This document shows, one piece after another, positions 9,491 to 19,500 of a stretch of 64,000 nt of DNA. The translations under genes were made by a program, and so were the position numbers. Source of the DNA: a virus; the IMG/VR virus record IMGVR_UViG_3300045988_050969; one strand, written 5' to 3'. The stretch's first letter is position 1; every line of letters starts with the position of its first letter. The notes below the pieces were generated by a model. The model was not told where the DNA came from. It did no database searches and was given only the letters and a program-made list of their open reading frames with translations.

Positions 9491-10636
9491 ATGCGTTTAT
9501 CAAAATTCATAAACAAACATTTCTTTAATAAAGATATAGATACAGTAGATCCTAACTATACGATTGAAAATATCAATGTAGATAAAAAGCGTGACGAGCT
9601 TAAAGAAGGGGATGTAATCTATGCTGCCATTTCTACTACGATTAAAGAAAATGGTAAGAAAAAAAGATTGAATCAGCGAAAGGATCTTTATATGCTTAAA
9701 GATTCCTATGGTAAATTTACTTTCGTCGACTATCTTGGTAATGAATATAAAACCTCTCTTACAGGTATCAAAATTATTAATAGTTTAAATAAGAAACTTA
9801 AAGAACAGGAAATAAATAATTTATTAGATACTTATGAAAGAGACCTAAAAGAAGCAGAAAGACTAAAGTATCTAGAGGAAAGTAAAAGTTTAGGATTCAA
9901 TTTTACTAACCTAGAGCCAGAAGAGAAGTTACGTAGAACTGTCAAAGCTGGCATAAAGAATATATGGATGGTTGGTCCTGCTGGTTGCGGTAAGAGTACT
10001 ATGGCTAGAAATATAGCAGAAGAGATGGAAATTCCATATCTATGTATTAGCTGTGGTATAGGGACATCGGCTACTGAGTTTATTGGTTATAAGTATCCGA
10101 CGCGTGAATCTACTCGTTTTGGAGAGTATTACGCGAAACCATCTATTATATTGATTGACGAGATAACGGCATTAGATCCAGCAGTTGCGCAAATTCTTAA
10201 TGCAGCGTTAGCAAATGATGAAATTGAGACTACTACGGGCTTAGTTCATCGACATCCAAACTGTATTATTATTGCCACAAGTAATACATTTGGGTTTGGA
10301 TGTGATCGTCAATACGTGGCAAATAACCAATTAGATGCGTCGACTATAGACCGTTTCATTGGCGGTATTGTAGAAGTTACGTATTCTGCTAAATATGAAA
10401 GTCAGTATGATTCTGAAGTAGTAGATTATATAAATACTTTACGTAGATTTGCTAAAGAAACGAACTTACGTAAAGTAATATCTACTCGTATGGTTCAAGC
10501 TGGTCATACTCTTAAGTATAATCATTTTATAGATTGGAAACAAAGACTAATTATAAATTGGTCTGAAAATGAGAGAAAGACATTAGAACAATGGCTAGAG
10601 TCTGATAATGCAACACCTATAAAAAAGTCTGTTTAG
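9491..10636 (+). CDS. AAA+ ATPase, MoxR/AAA_5-like (381 aa from ATG 9491), terminates at TAG
   Basis: Walker A GPAGCGKST, Walker B IILIDEITALD, IIIATSNT sensor-like segment. The ORF-track GTG start at 9431 lies inside the terminator hairpin, so ATG 9491 is preferred. Stop is TAG (10634-10636). Confidence 0.65.
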   Translation: MRLSKFINKHFFNKDIDTVDPNYTIENINVDKKRDELKEGDVIYAAISTTIKENGKKKRLNQRKDLYMLKDSYGKFTFVDYLGNEYKTSLTGIKIINSLNKKLKEQEINNLLDTYERDLKEAERLKYLEESKSLGFNFTNLEPEEKLRRTVKAGIKNIWMVGPAGCGKSTMARNIAEEMEIPYLCISCGIGTSATEFIGYKYPTRESTRFGEYYAKPSIILIDEITALDPAVAQILNAALANDEIETTTGLVHRHPNCIIIATSNTFGFGCDRQYVANNQLDASTIDRFIGGIVEVTYSAKYESQYDSEVVDYINTLRRFAKETNLRKVISTRMVQAGHTLKYNHFIDWKQRLIINWSENERKTLEQWLESDNATPIKKSV

Positions 10637-10638
10637 TT

Positions 10639-11433
10639 ATGAAAGAATTATTATATAATTATGATAGCATTACAGATTTTTATAATGATGCAATTACTCC
10701 TACTCCAGAAGGAAATTCTAATGATCTTAATACTCATTTAAAAACTGAAGAAAAAGATTTTAGAGGGTTATCTATAGATGATATACAAAAGAGCAAGTAT
10801 TGCTATCTTAAAGGTTTAGATAGTCTTAAAGAGATAGAATTAAATGTCGATTTAGGAGGTTCTAAGCGTAGCTATGCTTATGACGAGTTTGATGGAGATG
10901 ACATGAACTATGATAGATTACTTGAAGGTTTCCCAGCAATGAGAAAACGAGTAAAAACTCATGGAATAGGAAGTGGACGTCTTATAAACGTATATGTAGT
11001 AATATCTGAAAATTGCAATATAGGCTATAAGGAAATGCTTAATAAAGCTTATACTGCTATACAAATTGTAGACATGCTTGAAAACATGGGATACAGGGTT
11101 GCAATATATGCCTGTGATTCTACTAGAGATGCTTATGGTAGCTGGAGAGAAGAAACAGGTGTGATATATGAAGTACGTGTATGTTTAAAGAAACATGAAG
11201 ATTCTATGAATAAAGGACTAATATTAAATGGTATTAGTCCTTGGTTTTTTCGTTATTATATGTTTGCTCATCAAAAAGGCCATTACAAAAATGGCTGGGG
11301 AATGGGACATGCCATACCACTTAACATAGAGCAAACAAAGGAAAATATAGTAATTAATCATGGGCAGTGTCTATCTAAAGAATCTGCTGATGCAAAATTA
11401 AAACAAATTGAAGAATTATTCAAGGTAGATTAG
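10639..11433 (+). CDS. hypothetical protein, partner of the AAA+ ATPase (264 aa), terminates at TAG
   Basis: Intact ORF 2 nt after the ATPase gene. No MIDAS or other motif recognised. Stop is TAG (11431-11433). Confidence 0.6.
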   Translation: MKELLYNYDSITDFYNDAITPTPEGNSNDLNTHLKTEEKDFRGLSIDDIQKSKYCYLKGLDSLKEIELNVDLGGSKRSYAYDEFDGDDMNYDRLLEGFPAMRKRVKTHGIGSGRLINVYVVISENCNIGYKEMLNKAYTAIQIVDMLENMGYRVAIYACDSTRDAYGSWREETGVIYEVRVCLKKHEDSMNKGLILNGISPWFFRYYMFAHQKGHYKNGWGMGHAIPLNIEQTKENIVINHGQCLSKESADAKLKQIEELFKVD

Positions 11434-11497
11434 AAACGTTAAGCCATAAAGAGCTATTATACTATTCCTAAAGTATAATGATGAGATGTAATGAATA

Positions 11498-11514
11498 ATA
11501 GGTGTGAGTCCTAT
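11498..11514 (+). other. small hairpin with TGTGAGT loop
   Basis: ATAGG (11498-11502) pairs with CCTAT (11510-11514). The loop is TGTGAGT. Confidence 0.35.
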
Positions 11515-11730
11515 GATACATATTTATCTTGACAGTTTGGAGAAAATTATAGTCTTTATATCTTTAAAGAATTTTATTGTTCTCTACTTAACTATATAAG
11601 AATTCGAGCCTGAGTTGATGGTCAAGTCGCTCTTGAATATAGAACCAAGGGTTTCTTTATTTTAGTTAATCTATGCAAACATAGAGCTGTAAAAAATAAT
11701 TTATTATATTAACAAACAATAACAAATTTT

Positions 11731-11757
11731 ATCCTATAGTGTGAGAGCCTATAGGAT
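11731..11757 (+). other. 9-bp hairpin with TGTGAGAGC loop, immediately 5' of the tRNA-like element
   Basis: ATCCTATAG (11731-11739) is the exact reverse complement of CTATAGGAT (11749-11757). Confidence 0.45.
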
Positions 11758-11761
11758 ATAC

Positions 11762-11821
11762 GGAATGTTCTTTAAAAGAGGAAAGATACTAATGTAGTGG
11801 GTTCGATTCCCACACATTCCA
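11762..11821 (+). ncRNA. truncated tRNA-like element (about 60 nt, no canonical anticodon arm)
   Basis: Perfect 7-bp acceptor GGAATGT (11762-11768) / ACATTCC (11814-11820). Canonical T arm GTGGG-TTCGATT-CCCAC. D-like arm CTTT-AAAAGAGG-AAAG. Only 11 nt (ATACTAATGTA) lie where the anticodon arm and variable region belong. Confidence 0.4.
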
Positions 11822-11839
11822 CAACAAAAATCATATATT

Positions 11840-12847
11840 ATGTATGACAAAAGAAGGGTTAAAACCCCTACTAATATTACTTTAGATTATATATTATCTA
11901 AAGTAACAGAGTATGATATATATACTCACTATCTTGGACAATTTAAAGTAGGCGCTATTTATAATAGTCCATTCCGTAAGGATAAGAATCCTTCTTTTGG
12001 AATATATTATAGTAAGCGTACAAAACAACTTTTGTTCAAAGATCATGGAACAGGAGAATGTGGTAATATAGTTAAATTTGTATCATTATATACAGGTTTA
12101 ACAAATTATAACGATATACTACAAGATATAGTAAATAAGTTAAATATTACTACTTCAACTAAGCTCGATAGCTCTAAGCAATACATACCTTCTTCTGAGA
12201 CTGTAATTGGTGTAGTAAGGCAAAACTTTACTCAAACAGACATCAATTACTGGTCTCAGTTTCATATTTCTAAGGAAACATTAAAGAGATATAACGTTAA
12301 TAGTATTAAATATTATTTATGTAATGGTATAGTTAAAGGTATTTATAAACCTGAAAATCCTATGTATGCTTATAAAGTATATAATAACTTTAAAATATAT
12401 AGACCATTAGCAGATAAATATACTAAATGGAGAAATAATCTTACAGAGTATGATATACAAGGTTATGCTCAATTACCTAAAAAAGGTGATATACTCTTTA
12501 TTACTAAGAGTATGAAAGATGTAATGTGTCTTTACGAAATGGGTTATACGGCAATATCGCCTTCTTCAGAAAGTACATTTATTCCATTAGATATCTTAGA
12601 ACAGCTTAAGAAGCGTTTTAAGCGCATTATAATACTATTTGATAGAGATATAGCTGGAGTAAAAAATAGTCGTAAATTAAGCCTTAAACATGGCTTAGAA
12701 GCAATGTTTGTCCATAAGAAGTTTAATGCAAAAGATATATCTGATGCGGTTAAATTAAATGGATTTGATAAAGTTAAAAAGTGGTTAGATGAAACGATCA
12801 ACAAAGAAAAAAGGTTAGAAGAAAGTACGAAATGCAACTCCAAATGA
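11840..12847 (+). CDS. DnaG-type primase with Toprim domain (335 aa)
   Basis: SPFRKDKNPSFGIYY...GECGNIVKFV resembles a degenerate DnaG CHC2 zinc-finger region. Toprim-like ITKSMKDVM and IILFDRDIAG (DxD). TGA stop. Confidence 0.75.
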   Translation: MYDKRRVKTPTNITLDYILSKVTEYDIYTHYLGQFKVGAIYNSPFRKDKNPSFGIYYSKRTKQLLFKDHGTGECGNIVKFVSLYTGLTNYNDILQDIVNKLNITTSTKLDSSKQYIPSSETVIGVVRQNFTQTDINYWSQFHISKETLKRYNVNSIKYYLCNGIVKGIYKPENPMYAYKVYNNFKIYRPLADKYTKWRNNLTEYDIQGYAQLPKKGDILFITKSMKDVMCLYEMGYTAISPSSESTFIPLDILEQLKKRFKRIIILFDRDIAGVKNSRKLSLKHGLEAMFVHKKFNAKDISDAVKLNGFDKVKKWLDETINKEKRLEESTKCNSK

Positions 12848-12989
12848 ATATGATGGAATTAAATTTCGTAGTAAACTCGAAACCTATACATATAAAAAGC
12901 TGAAAGAAGCTAATATTCCAGCACAATATGAAGCAATACATTTTGAACTTATACCTAAGTTTGAATATAATGGAGAAAAGGTAAGAGCT

Positions 12990-13184
12990 ATGACTTACTT
13001 ACCTGACTTTGTTGGTAAAAATTTCATAATTGAATGTAAAGGACTAATGGGTGACTCATTTCCATTACGCTGGAAGATTTTTAAATATACTCTTATGAAG
13101 AGTAAAGCGAATTATAAGTTATACTTAGTTCGTAACCAAAAGCAAGTCGATTCTATGATCGATGAATTAAAAACTAAAAAATAA
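12990..13184 (+). CDS. DUF1064-like PD-(D/E)xK nuclease; the first ATG is given, but the homologous frame is open from 12819
   Basis: YLPDF...IIECKG catalytic-core pattern. The conserved N-terminal YDGIKFRSKLE motif lies upstream of the first ATG in the same frame (see findings). Confidence 0.6.
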   Translation: MTYLPDFVGKNFIIECKGLMGDSFPLRWKIFKYTLMKSKANYKLYLVRNQKQVDSMIDELKTKK

Positions 13185-13190
13185 CAGATT

Positions 13191-14096
13191 ATGTCAGAAT
13201 TTATAAAAGCAGGTAATAAGATCCTTAATAAGCCTAATGGCTTTGATTATGATTTAATTAATGGAAAAGTTTATAATCTTAAGTATGAACGATATGGAGT
13301 TGGTTCATATTTTGAAGAAGATGGATCTTTAAATTTACCAAAAAAAATATATACTACAAAAGATGATGATATTTTCATCAAACGAGTAAATACTTACTTT
13401 GAAAAGACATCAAAGCTGTCCACTGGAGTTATGCTTAGTGGTGTTAAAGGTACTGGTAAAACAGTTATGGCAAAAGTAATTGCTAAAAATTCTAATTTGC
13501 CAGTCATTGTAGTAGATGAAGATTTCCCTACTAGTCAGATTAATGATTTCTTCCGTAAGTTTACTACTCCCGTAGCGGTTATTTTCGATGAGGTAGATAA
13601 ACATTGGGATACAGAAGACCTATTAGGTTGGCTTGACGGAGTACAGACAAATGCTAAGAAATTAGTATTATTTACATGTAACAACGAAGATCGAGTTAAC
13701 GAATATCTTAAAGATCGTTGTTCTCGTGTACGTTATACTCGTCATTTTGAAGCAAATGATAATGCTCGATTCCTGAAAGAGATTCTTAAGGATAAGGGCA
13801 TTGCTGAAGATGAAATAGAATCTACCTATACATTCATTGTAAATAACTTTAATTTATTATCTATTGATAATATTTTATCGTTTATCGATGAAAAGTTAAT
13901 GTTCCCTGGATTATCTAACGAACATCTTCTTAAAGACATGAATATTAGTTCAGATTCTGAACTAAGTGTTAATGAGGAACCTGAAGGATATGAATCTGAA
14001 GAGGATGAAGATGAAGATGATGAAGACGGTAATAATACTGAATATAATAATGAAGACGGATGGTTACAATTAGTAGCTAATACGTTTTTAAACTAA
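13191..14096 (+). CDS. AAA-type ATPase with acidic C-terminal tail (301 aa)
   Basis: Walker A GVKGTGKTV, Walker B VAVIFDEVDK, and a C-terminal run of E/D (ESEEDEDEDDEDG). Confidence 0.6.
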   Translation: MSEFIKAGNKILNKPNGFDYDLINGKVYNLKYERYGVGSYFEEDGSLNLPKKIYTTKDDDIFIKRVNTYFEKTSKLSTGVMLSGVKGTGKTVMAKVIAKNSNLPVIVVDEDFPTSQINDFFRKFTTPVAVIFDEVDKHWDTEDLLGWLDGVQTNAKKLVLFTCNNEDRVNEYLKDRCSRVRYTRHFEANDNARFLKEILKDKGIAEDEIESTYTFIVNNFNLLSIDNILSFIDEKLMFPGLSNEHLLKDMNISSDSELSVNEEPEGYESEEDEDEDDEDGNNTEYNNEDGWLQLVANTFLN

Positions 14097-14100
14097 AAAA

Positions 14101-14126
14101 TAGGCTAGCAGAAATGCTAGCCTTTA
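14101..14126 (+). terminator. 9-bp hairpin after the ATPase gene
   Basis: AGGCTAGCA (14102-14110) pairs with TGCTAGCCT (14115-14123), GAAA loop, weak T tail. Confidence 0.45.
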
Positions 14127-14133
14127 CTATACT

Positions 14134-15033
14134 ATGAAAATATGTGGATTAAGCGATATACATGGACAATTTAGAGATATACCTGAATGTGATGTACTAT
14201 GTATTACTGGAGATATAGTTGGTTTGAATGATCAAAGGTCTATAGATGCATCGCGACATTGGTGGTATACTAGGTTCACTAAATGGGTAAATAGATTACC
14301 TTGTAAGAAAGTAATAATTACTCCAGGTAATCATGATTTCTTTTTAGAAGATGCTTATAATAATGGTTATTATAGTAATTTAAAACAAGATTTATCAGTA
14401 AGAACTAATAATAAATTAGTTATATTAATAAACGAACAATGTGAGTATGAAGGTATAAAGTTTTATGGTTGTCCCTATATCAATCCGATAATGTTTCAAG
14501 AAGGAAGATGGGCATTTGAAGATAAAGGTATAATGCCAGGAGAAATAGATCCTGATACTGGAGAAGAAAACCAAACAGGAGAAATAATAAGCCATTACAA
14601 TAAAATACCTCAAGATATAGATATATTACTTACTCATGATAATCCATTTAAAAATGGATTATTAAGTAATGCTCCAAGACCTAAGTTAGCTCATCTATAT
14701 GGACACTGGCATGATGGAAGAGATTTACGAGAGGTAGGGTATTATAATTGTTCATTACTAGATGATAATTATAATGTTAAAAAGAATTTTAAACCCGTAA
14801 TAATAGACATAATGAAAGAGCAAGAAAAGATAAGTTTTTTAGATTCTCTATCTTTATTAATTGAACCTTTCTATAAATTAAAAGGAGAAAAACCTTTATC
14901 CTTAGAAGAAATAAAGGAATTCTTTAATATACAAAAGGAATTTTATAAAACGCAATTAGAAGATATAACTGCTGAAGATGAAATTCCTTGGGATACTAAC
15001 TTAGAAATAGAAGAAGAAAATGATGAAAATTGA
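14134..15033 (+). CDS. calcineurin-like metallophosphoesterase (299 aa)
   Basis: Motifs LSDIHG, TGDIVG, PGNHDF, LLTHDNP and GHWH in canonical order. Confidence 0.8.
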   Translation: MKICGLSDIHGQFRDIPECDVLCITGDIVGLNDQRSIDASRHWWYTRFTKWVNRLPCKKVIITPGNHDFFLEDAYNNGYYSNLKQDLSVRTNNKLVILINEQCEYEGIKFYGCPYINPIMFQEGRWAFEDKGIMPGEIDPDTGEENQTGEIISHYNKIPQDIDILLTHDNPFKNGLLSNAPRPKLAHLYGHWHDGRDLREVGYYNCSLLDDNYNVKKNFKPVIIDIMKEQEKISFLDSLSLLIEPFYKLKGEKPLSLEEIKEFFNIQKEFYKTQLEDITAEDEIPWDTNLEIEEENDEN

Positions 15034-16009
15034 TATTCCATATTATGAAGATAATACAAGAATATCAAATTCTGCTATTGGTTGGTTTCTAAAAAAAGGC
15101 CCTAAGTACTTACGAGATATGCTAGATGGTAAGGAAAAAGGACTAGAATTACCTCAATTAGAAAGAGGTACTATGATACATGAATATATACTTCAACCAG
15201 AAGAATTCTGGAAAGACTATGAAATATTAGATTTTGAAATACCTAAAGTAAAACAACAGAAAGATTTATGTGAGAGATATTCTCAACTAAAATTAACTGA
15301 TCCTTTAGAAAATGAAGTATCTATTCTACTAAGATCTTATAGATCTGCTTATAGTAATAATAAGGGAGCAGCTCAGCAAATAACTGAGGCTAGAGGTATC
15401 GTAGATAAATATAATAGTTATATTAAATATCTGCAAATAGGAAGTACAAAGAAAGTAATATCATTTGCAGATTTACATATGTTAGAAACTATAAAGAAAA
15501 ATATTGAGGATCATATTGCAGCTAATAGATTGCTGTACGATGTTCCTACTACATATACCTGTTATAATGAATTTCATATTAATTGGGAACTTTATGGAAT
15601 AAAGTGTAAATCTTTATTGGATAGAGTAATGTTTGACCATGTTAATAAGAAAATCATTCTGATAGACTTAAAGACAACGAGTGATGTCTATAATTTTGCT
15701 CATTCTGTAGAAACGTTTGATTACTACAGACAGATAGCTTTTTACCTTTGTGCTATTACTTGGTATATGATAGAAGAGCTAAATCTAAATCCTGACGATT
15801 ATGATTTAGAAGCCTATATTATTGCAGTACAAACAAATGGTAATAATGAAGTTAGAGTATTTAATATGTTTAACGAAGAGGAGTTACTCAATCGAAAAAA
15901 TATTATTGCAAAAACATTAACAGAAATATCATATCATATCAATTCCGGTAATTGGGAACATACTCGTAAATATTACGAAAATGATGGAATTGAAGAACTT
16001 AGAACCTAA
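15020..16009 (+). CDS. PD-(D/E)xK nuclease, RecB/Cas4-like exonuclease family (329 aa)
   Basis: D...LIDLKT core followed by YYRQIAFY (QxxxY), typical of the PDDEXK_1 exonuclease fold. Confidence 0.6.
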   Translation: MMKIDIPYYEDNTRISNSAIGWFLKKGPKYLRDMLDGKEKGLELPQLERGTMIHEYILQPEEFWKDYEILDFEIPKVKQQKDLCERYSQLKLTDPLENEVSILLRSYRSAYSNNKGAAQQITEARGIVDKYNSYIKYLQIGSTKKVISFADLHMLETIKKNIEDHIAANRLLYDVPTTYTCYNEFHINWELYGIKCKSLLDRVMFDHVNKKIILIDLKTTSDVYNFAHSVETFDYYRQIAFYLCAITWYMIEELNLNPDDYDLEAYIIAVQTNGNNEVRVFNMFNEEELLNRKNIIAKTLTEISYHINSGNWEHTRKYYENDGIEELRT

Positions 16010-16089
16010 GACATTAAATGATTTTTTAATTGCAATAGCTATGGATTCATGTGAAGAAGTATTTGAAGTAGATGAAAACATAGTTTGCA

Positions 16090-16467
16090 ATGAAGAAGTT
16101 GAACTTTGATAAATACAACAAAGGGTTGCGTTATTATGCAACCCTATTTAAAATAAATCCAATAGTATTTACTTCAGATTTATTTATAGATATTACTATA
16201 GATAAAGAGTTTTTAATACTTCAATATAAAACATATCCTAAGTATTATATAGTAAAAAGAATCCAAGAAAATGAGTTTTTCTACAATGATATAATAAAGG
16301 ATAATATAGTTTGCTATAGATTTAAGTTAAAAACTAATGACCAAAAAGCTGATTTTAGCGTAATGCAAACTAATGGTACACAATTTTGTACTAAAGAGTT
16401 TATATTAAGTATGGCAATACTTTGGAAAGATTATTTAGATAGTTCATTTTATGATACTATATTTTAA
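16090..16467 (+). CDS. hypothetical protein (125 aa), last gene of the plus-strand module
   Basis: Intact ORF, TAA stop, followed by the bidirectional terminator. Confidence 0.5.
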   Translation: MKKLNFDKYNKGLRYYATLFKINPIVFTSDLFIDITIDKEFLILQYKTYPKYYIVKRIQENEFFYNDIIKDNIVCYRFKLKTNDQKADFSVMQTNGTQFCTKEFILSMAILWKDYLDSSFYDTIF

Positions 16468-16478
16468 GAATTACTCTA

Positions 16479-16522
16479 CACAAAAAAGGCAGGCTTTGTG
16501 AAAAGCTTGCCTTTAATTTTTT
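16479..16522. terminator. bidirectional intrinsic terminator between the convergent modules
   Basis: 12-bp stem, 16485-16496 with 16503-16514 (one G-T pair), loop TGTGAA. Flanked by A6 upstream and T6 downstream, so both strands read hairpin plus U-run. Confidence 0.75.
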
Positions 16523-19500
16523 AATCACCAATAATCTAAGTATCATAGTATCTACGTTTACTTGGAATATCATTTAATTCGATTAGATTTTTGAATGGAG
16601 TTATTTTCCATACATTTCTTTCTAATTGAGTTTTACCTCTATAAGCACCTCTAGTTATTGTTTTACCCTATTTACTCTTTTCTCCTCTTACATTTGATAA
16701 TATTAAATCGTAAGGATAAGAAATTACAGACCCAACGTTATCCAATAATGAGTATAGCGGGGTAGGTGTTTTAATAGTGCTATATATATCTACTAGGTTA
16801 TACGGAGCAGTAGTTTCAAAAGCAGTCCTAGCCATTACATAAGCAAATAGATTAAGAAGTATATTTCTCTTATCTTTATCTGCTTCCTCTTTCAGAACAT
16901 TTCTTATTAAAGGATATAAACACATACACAATGCTGCTTCTATCTTTAACTTCTTAATGTTAGTTCTATCTAACTCACTTGAAAAACCTTTATTAAGAAA
17001 AGTCTATTTTAAAACAGTAGTAAGAAGATCAGCTCCTGATTTGTCTTTCCAAGTTTGAGCAAATACTCTAAATGGAGTTTTAAGTATAGCTTCTACTTCT
17101 CTTTGAGTTTGATAATCCCATTGTCTATCCATAGTAAAACTCTATTGAAGAATAATAGGAATATATTGTCTATGCATCATACACATTGCACCAAATACAT
17201 TAGCACTCATTTGAGCTTTCTGTAAAGGACTTAATTGACCATCTGCAGAACCAGCTAACTATCTAGCAGCATTACCAATAGTAAATTTAGCTTTATCCAC
17301 TGCTTGTTGATACTCTGGAGAAATAGCAACTATTTTGCCAGCACTAAATTTAGTTAAAGCTTTAAATGATTTAGCTTTCTTCCATCTCTACTAAGTCTCA
17401 TCTGTTCTACCATATTTATTATAAAACATTTCATGATGCATAAACTATCCATCAACATATTTATAATCGTACATTACACTATTTAATATCTAACCCTTTA
17501 TAAGATAATCAGACACTGAGTATAATCCAAAAGCCCACTGATTCTAAATAACATTAATAAATTTAGGTCTATTAGTATTAATAAATAAGCTATCCATAGT
17601 AGAACCAACTTCAAAGTAGTCCATATAAGCCATCTATTCACTCTTATACGTTCTACTACCAACGCTTAAGCCATGTCTAAATAAATCAAATACTACATCT
17701 TTAAACGCACTTACTGCATTGCCAAAAGTATAGTATCTACCTGTTAAAGAATTAACAAGATGAGCGTGAGCAGCAGTAAAGAAACCAGTAAATGCACAAG
17801 CAAAGTTTAAACCAAGATTTCGTAATGTACCATAACCAGTAATAGTCTTTAATAACTTAGTTATACTTATCTATCTATCTTTAATAGATATAGATAAAGC
17901 ATTAGTCTTAACGTCATACAAATTCATATTAATAAACTACTCTGCAAACTTATATATATTAGTATCAGTTCCAAGCTTAGGTTCTTGTTTGCCAGTAAAT
18001 ATTCTTTTAATAGAACCTATTGTACTAGTACCAGTATACTTTCTCTATGCTAAGAATGATTTTATATTCTCTACTTTACCTTTTACTTCATTCTTCTGTT
18101 TGAAGTTTTCTGCCATTTTAAAATATTGAATAACAGAACCTACCATATCTGCTGATATAGTAGCAGGATCATCTAACTATTTAGTAAAGTATTGAGGAAT
18201 AAGAGCTAAAGAAGTACCATCTGGAGAAGTTAGAACTTTCTTATTTATACCAACATCATCGTTCTTTACAGTGGCAGCATCTAATAAATAATTACCTATA
18301 GCAGCAAATGGATTAAATCCAGATGCTTTAAGATGTTTATATAAGCTACCAGATATTTGAGGTAGTCTATACTTATTCAAATACTCTAGATTATTTAATT
18401 TACTGTTAGATTCCTCCATTGTATCTATTAAAGCTTTTCTAAGTTCAGATAATGCTTTATTAGACATTACTTCATTATACGCTTTACTGTTATCATATAT
18501 CGACCTCTTAGGCTGATAATATTCGTCATTGTCCTATTTATAATTCTTATTAACAAATGGAGACTCTGATGATAATTCAGATAAGTTAGAAGAAGGAATA
18601 ACCTGTATATATTTACTATCTTTAGGAGCAATCTTTGTATACCAAGATTTGGGAGCAGTACCAGTAGATGTATTATAAGTATTAGTTAAATAGAATACCT
18701 CTGAACTACCAGGAACTTCTTGGTCTTTAGCTAATGCGGCAGCTTCGTCTCTCTTATAAGCTTCAGTAGCTACTACTCTAGCTATCTTACTAAATTCAGT
18801 CTTTGATCTCTTTTTTTTAGATGACTTTCTTATGTTATTCATCTTAACCTCTAACTAATCTAGTAATCTTTTAGTAGAATTAGGCATTAACTTAGGATTT
18901 ACTTCACCAGTACGATTGTCTCTGAACATATTTAAGATAGCTCTCTTCTACTTATTATATTCAGCATATACTTCTCCATAGTCAGCTCTATCTAAATTAG
19001 CTAATTGTTCGTAAAACTCCTCAGTATATACAACTCTAGTATTACGATCCATCCATTTTTTAAATTCATGCTTACTTAGACTATTTCTTTTTTCTTCAAT
19101 TAATTCCTAGAATTTCTATTGATTATAGTTCTTATTAAGATTTTTTGATAATTTATTATTTAGTTCAGTAAGTTCATCAGCTATTCTTCTTTCTACAGAA
19201 CCTTCTGGCTTTTCATTGCCATATATATCATAAATACTAGCTAATTCCTTTTTATCTAATTCATACTGTTGTAGAGTATTCCATTCCTCATCTGTCATTG
19301 ATTCATAATGAATTACTCCATTATTATCTCTATACTTATTAGATAAAGTTCTTATCTTAGACATTATCATTTCTCTTGCTGAAGCTGCTTCAGGGCTAAG
19401 AGAATTCATTAAATCATAGAATTCGTTAGTATATTTACGTTCACAGTGTTCTGATAACCATTTATTAAGTCTTTTATTATATTCTGTTCTAGTAGCTATA

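Noticed and set aside
11521-11560. TTGACA at 11529 as a sigma-70 type -35 box for the primase operon
   Set aside because: No acceptable -10 hexamer lies at 16-18 nt spacing (TATAGT is 13 nt away, TAGTCT is 15 nt away). I could not support any promoter call in this window from sequence alone.
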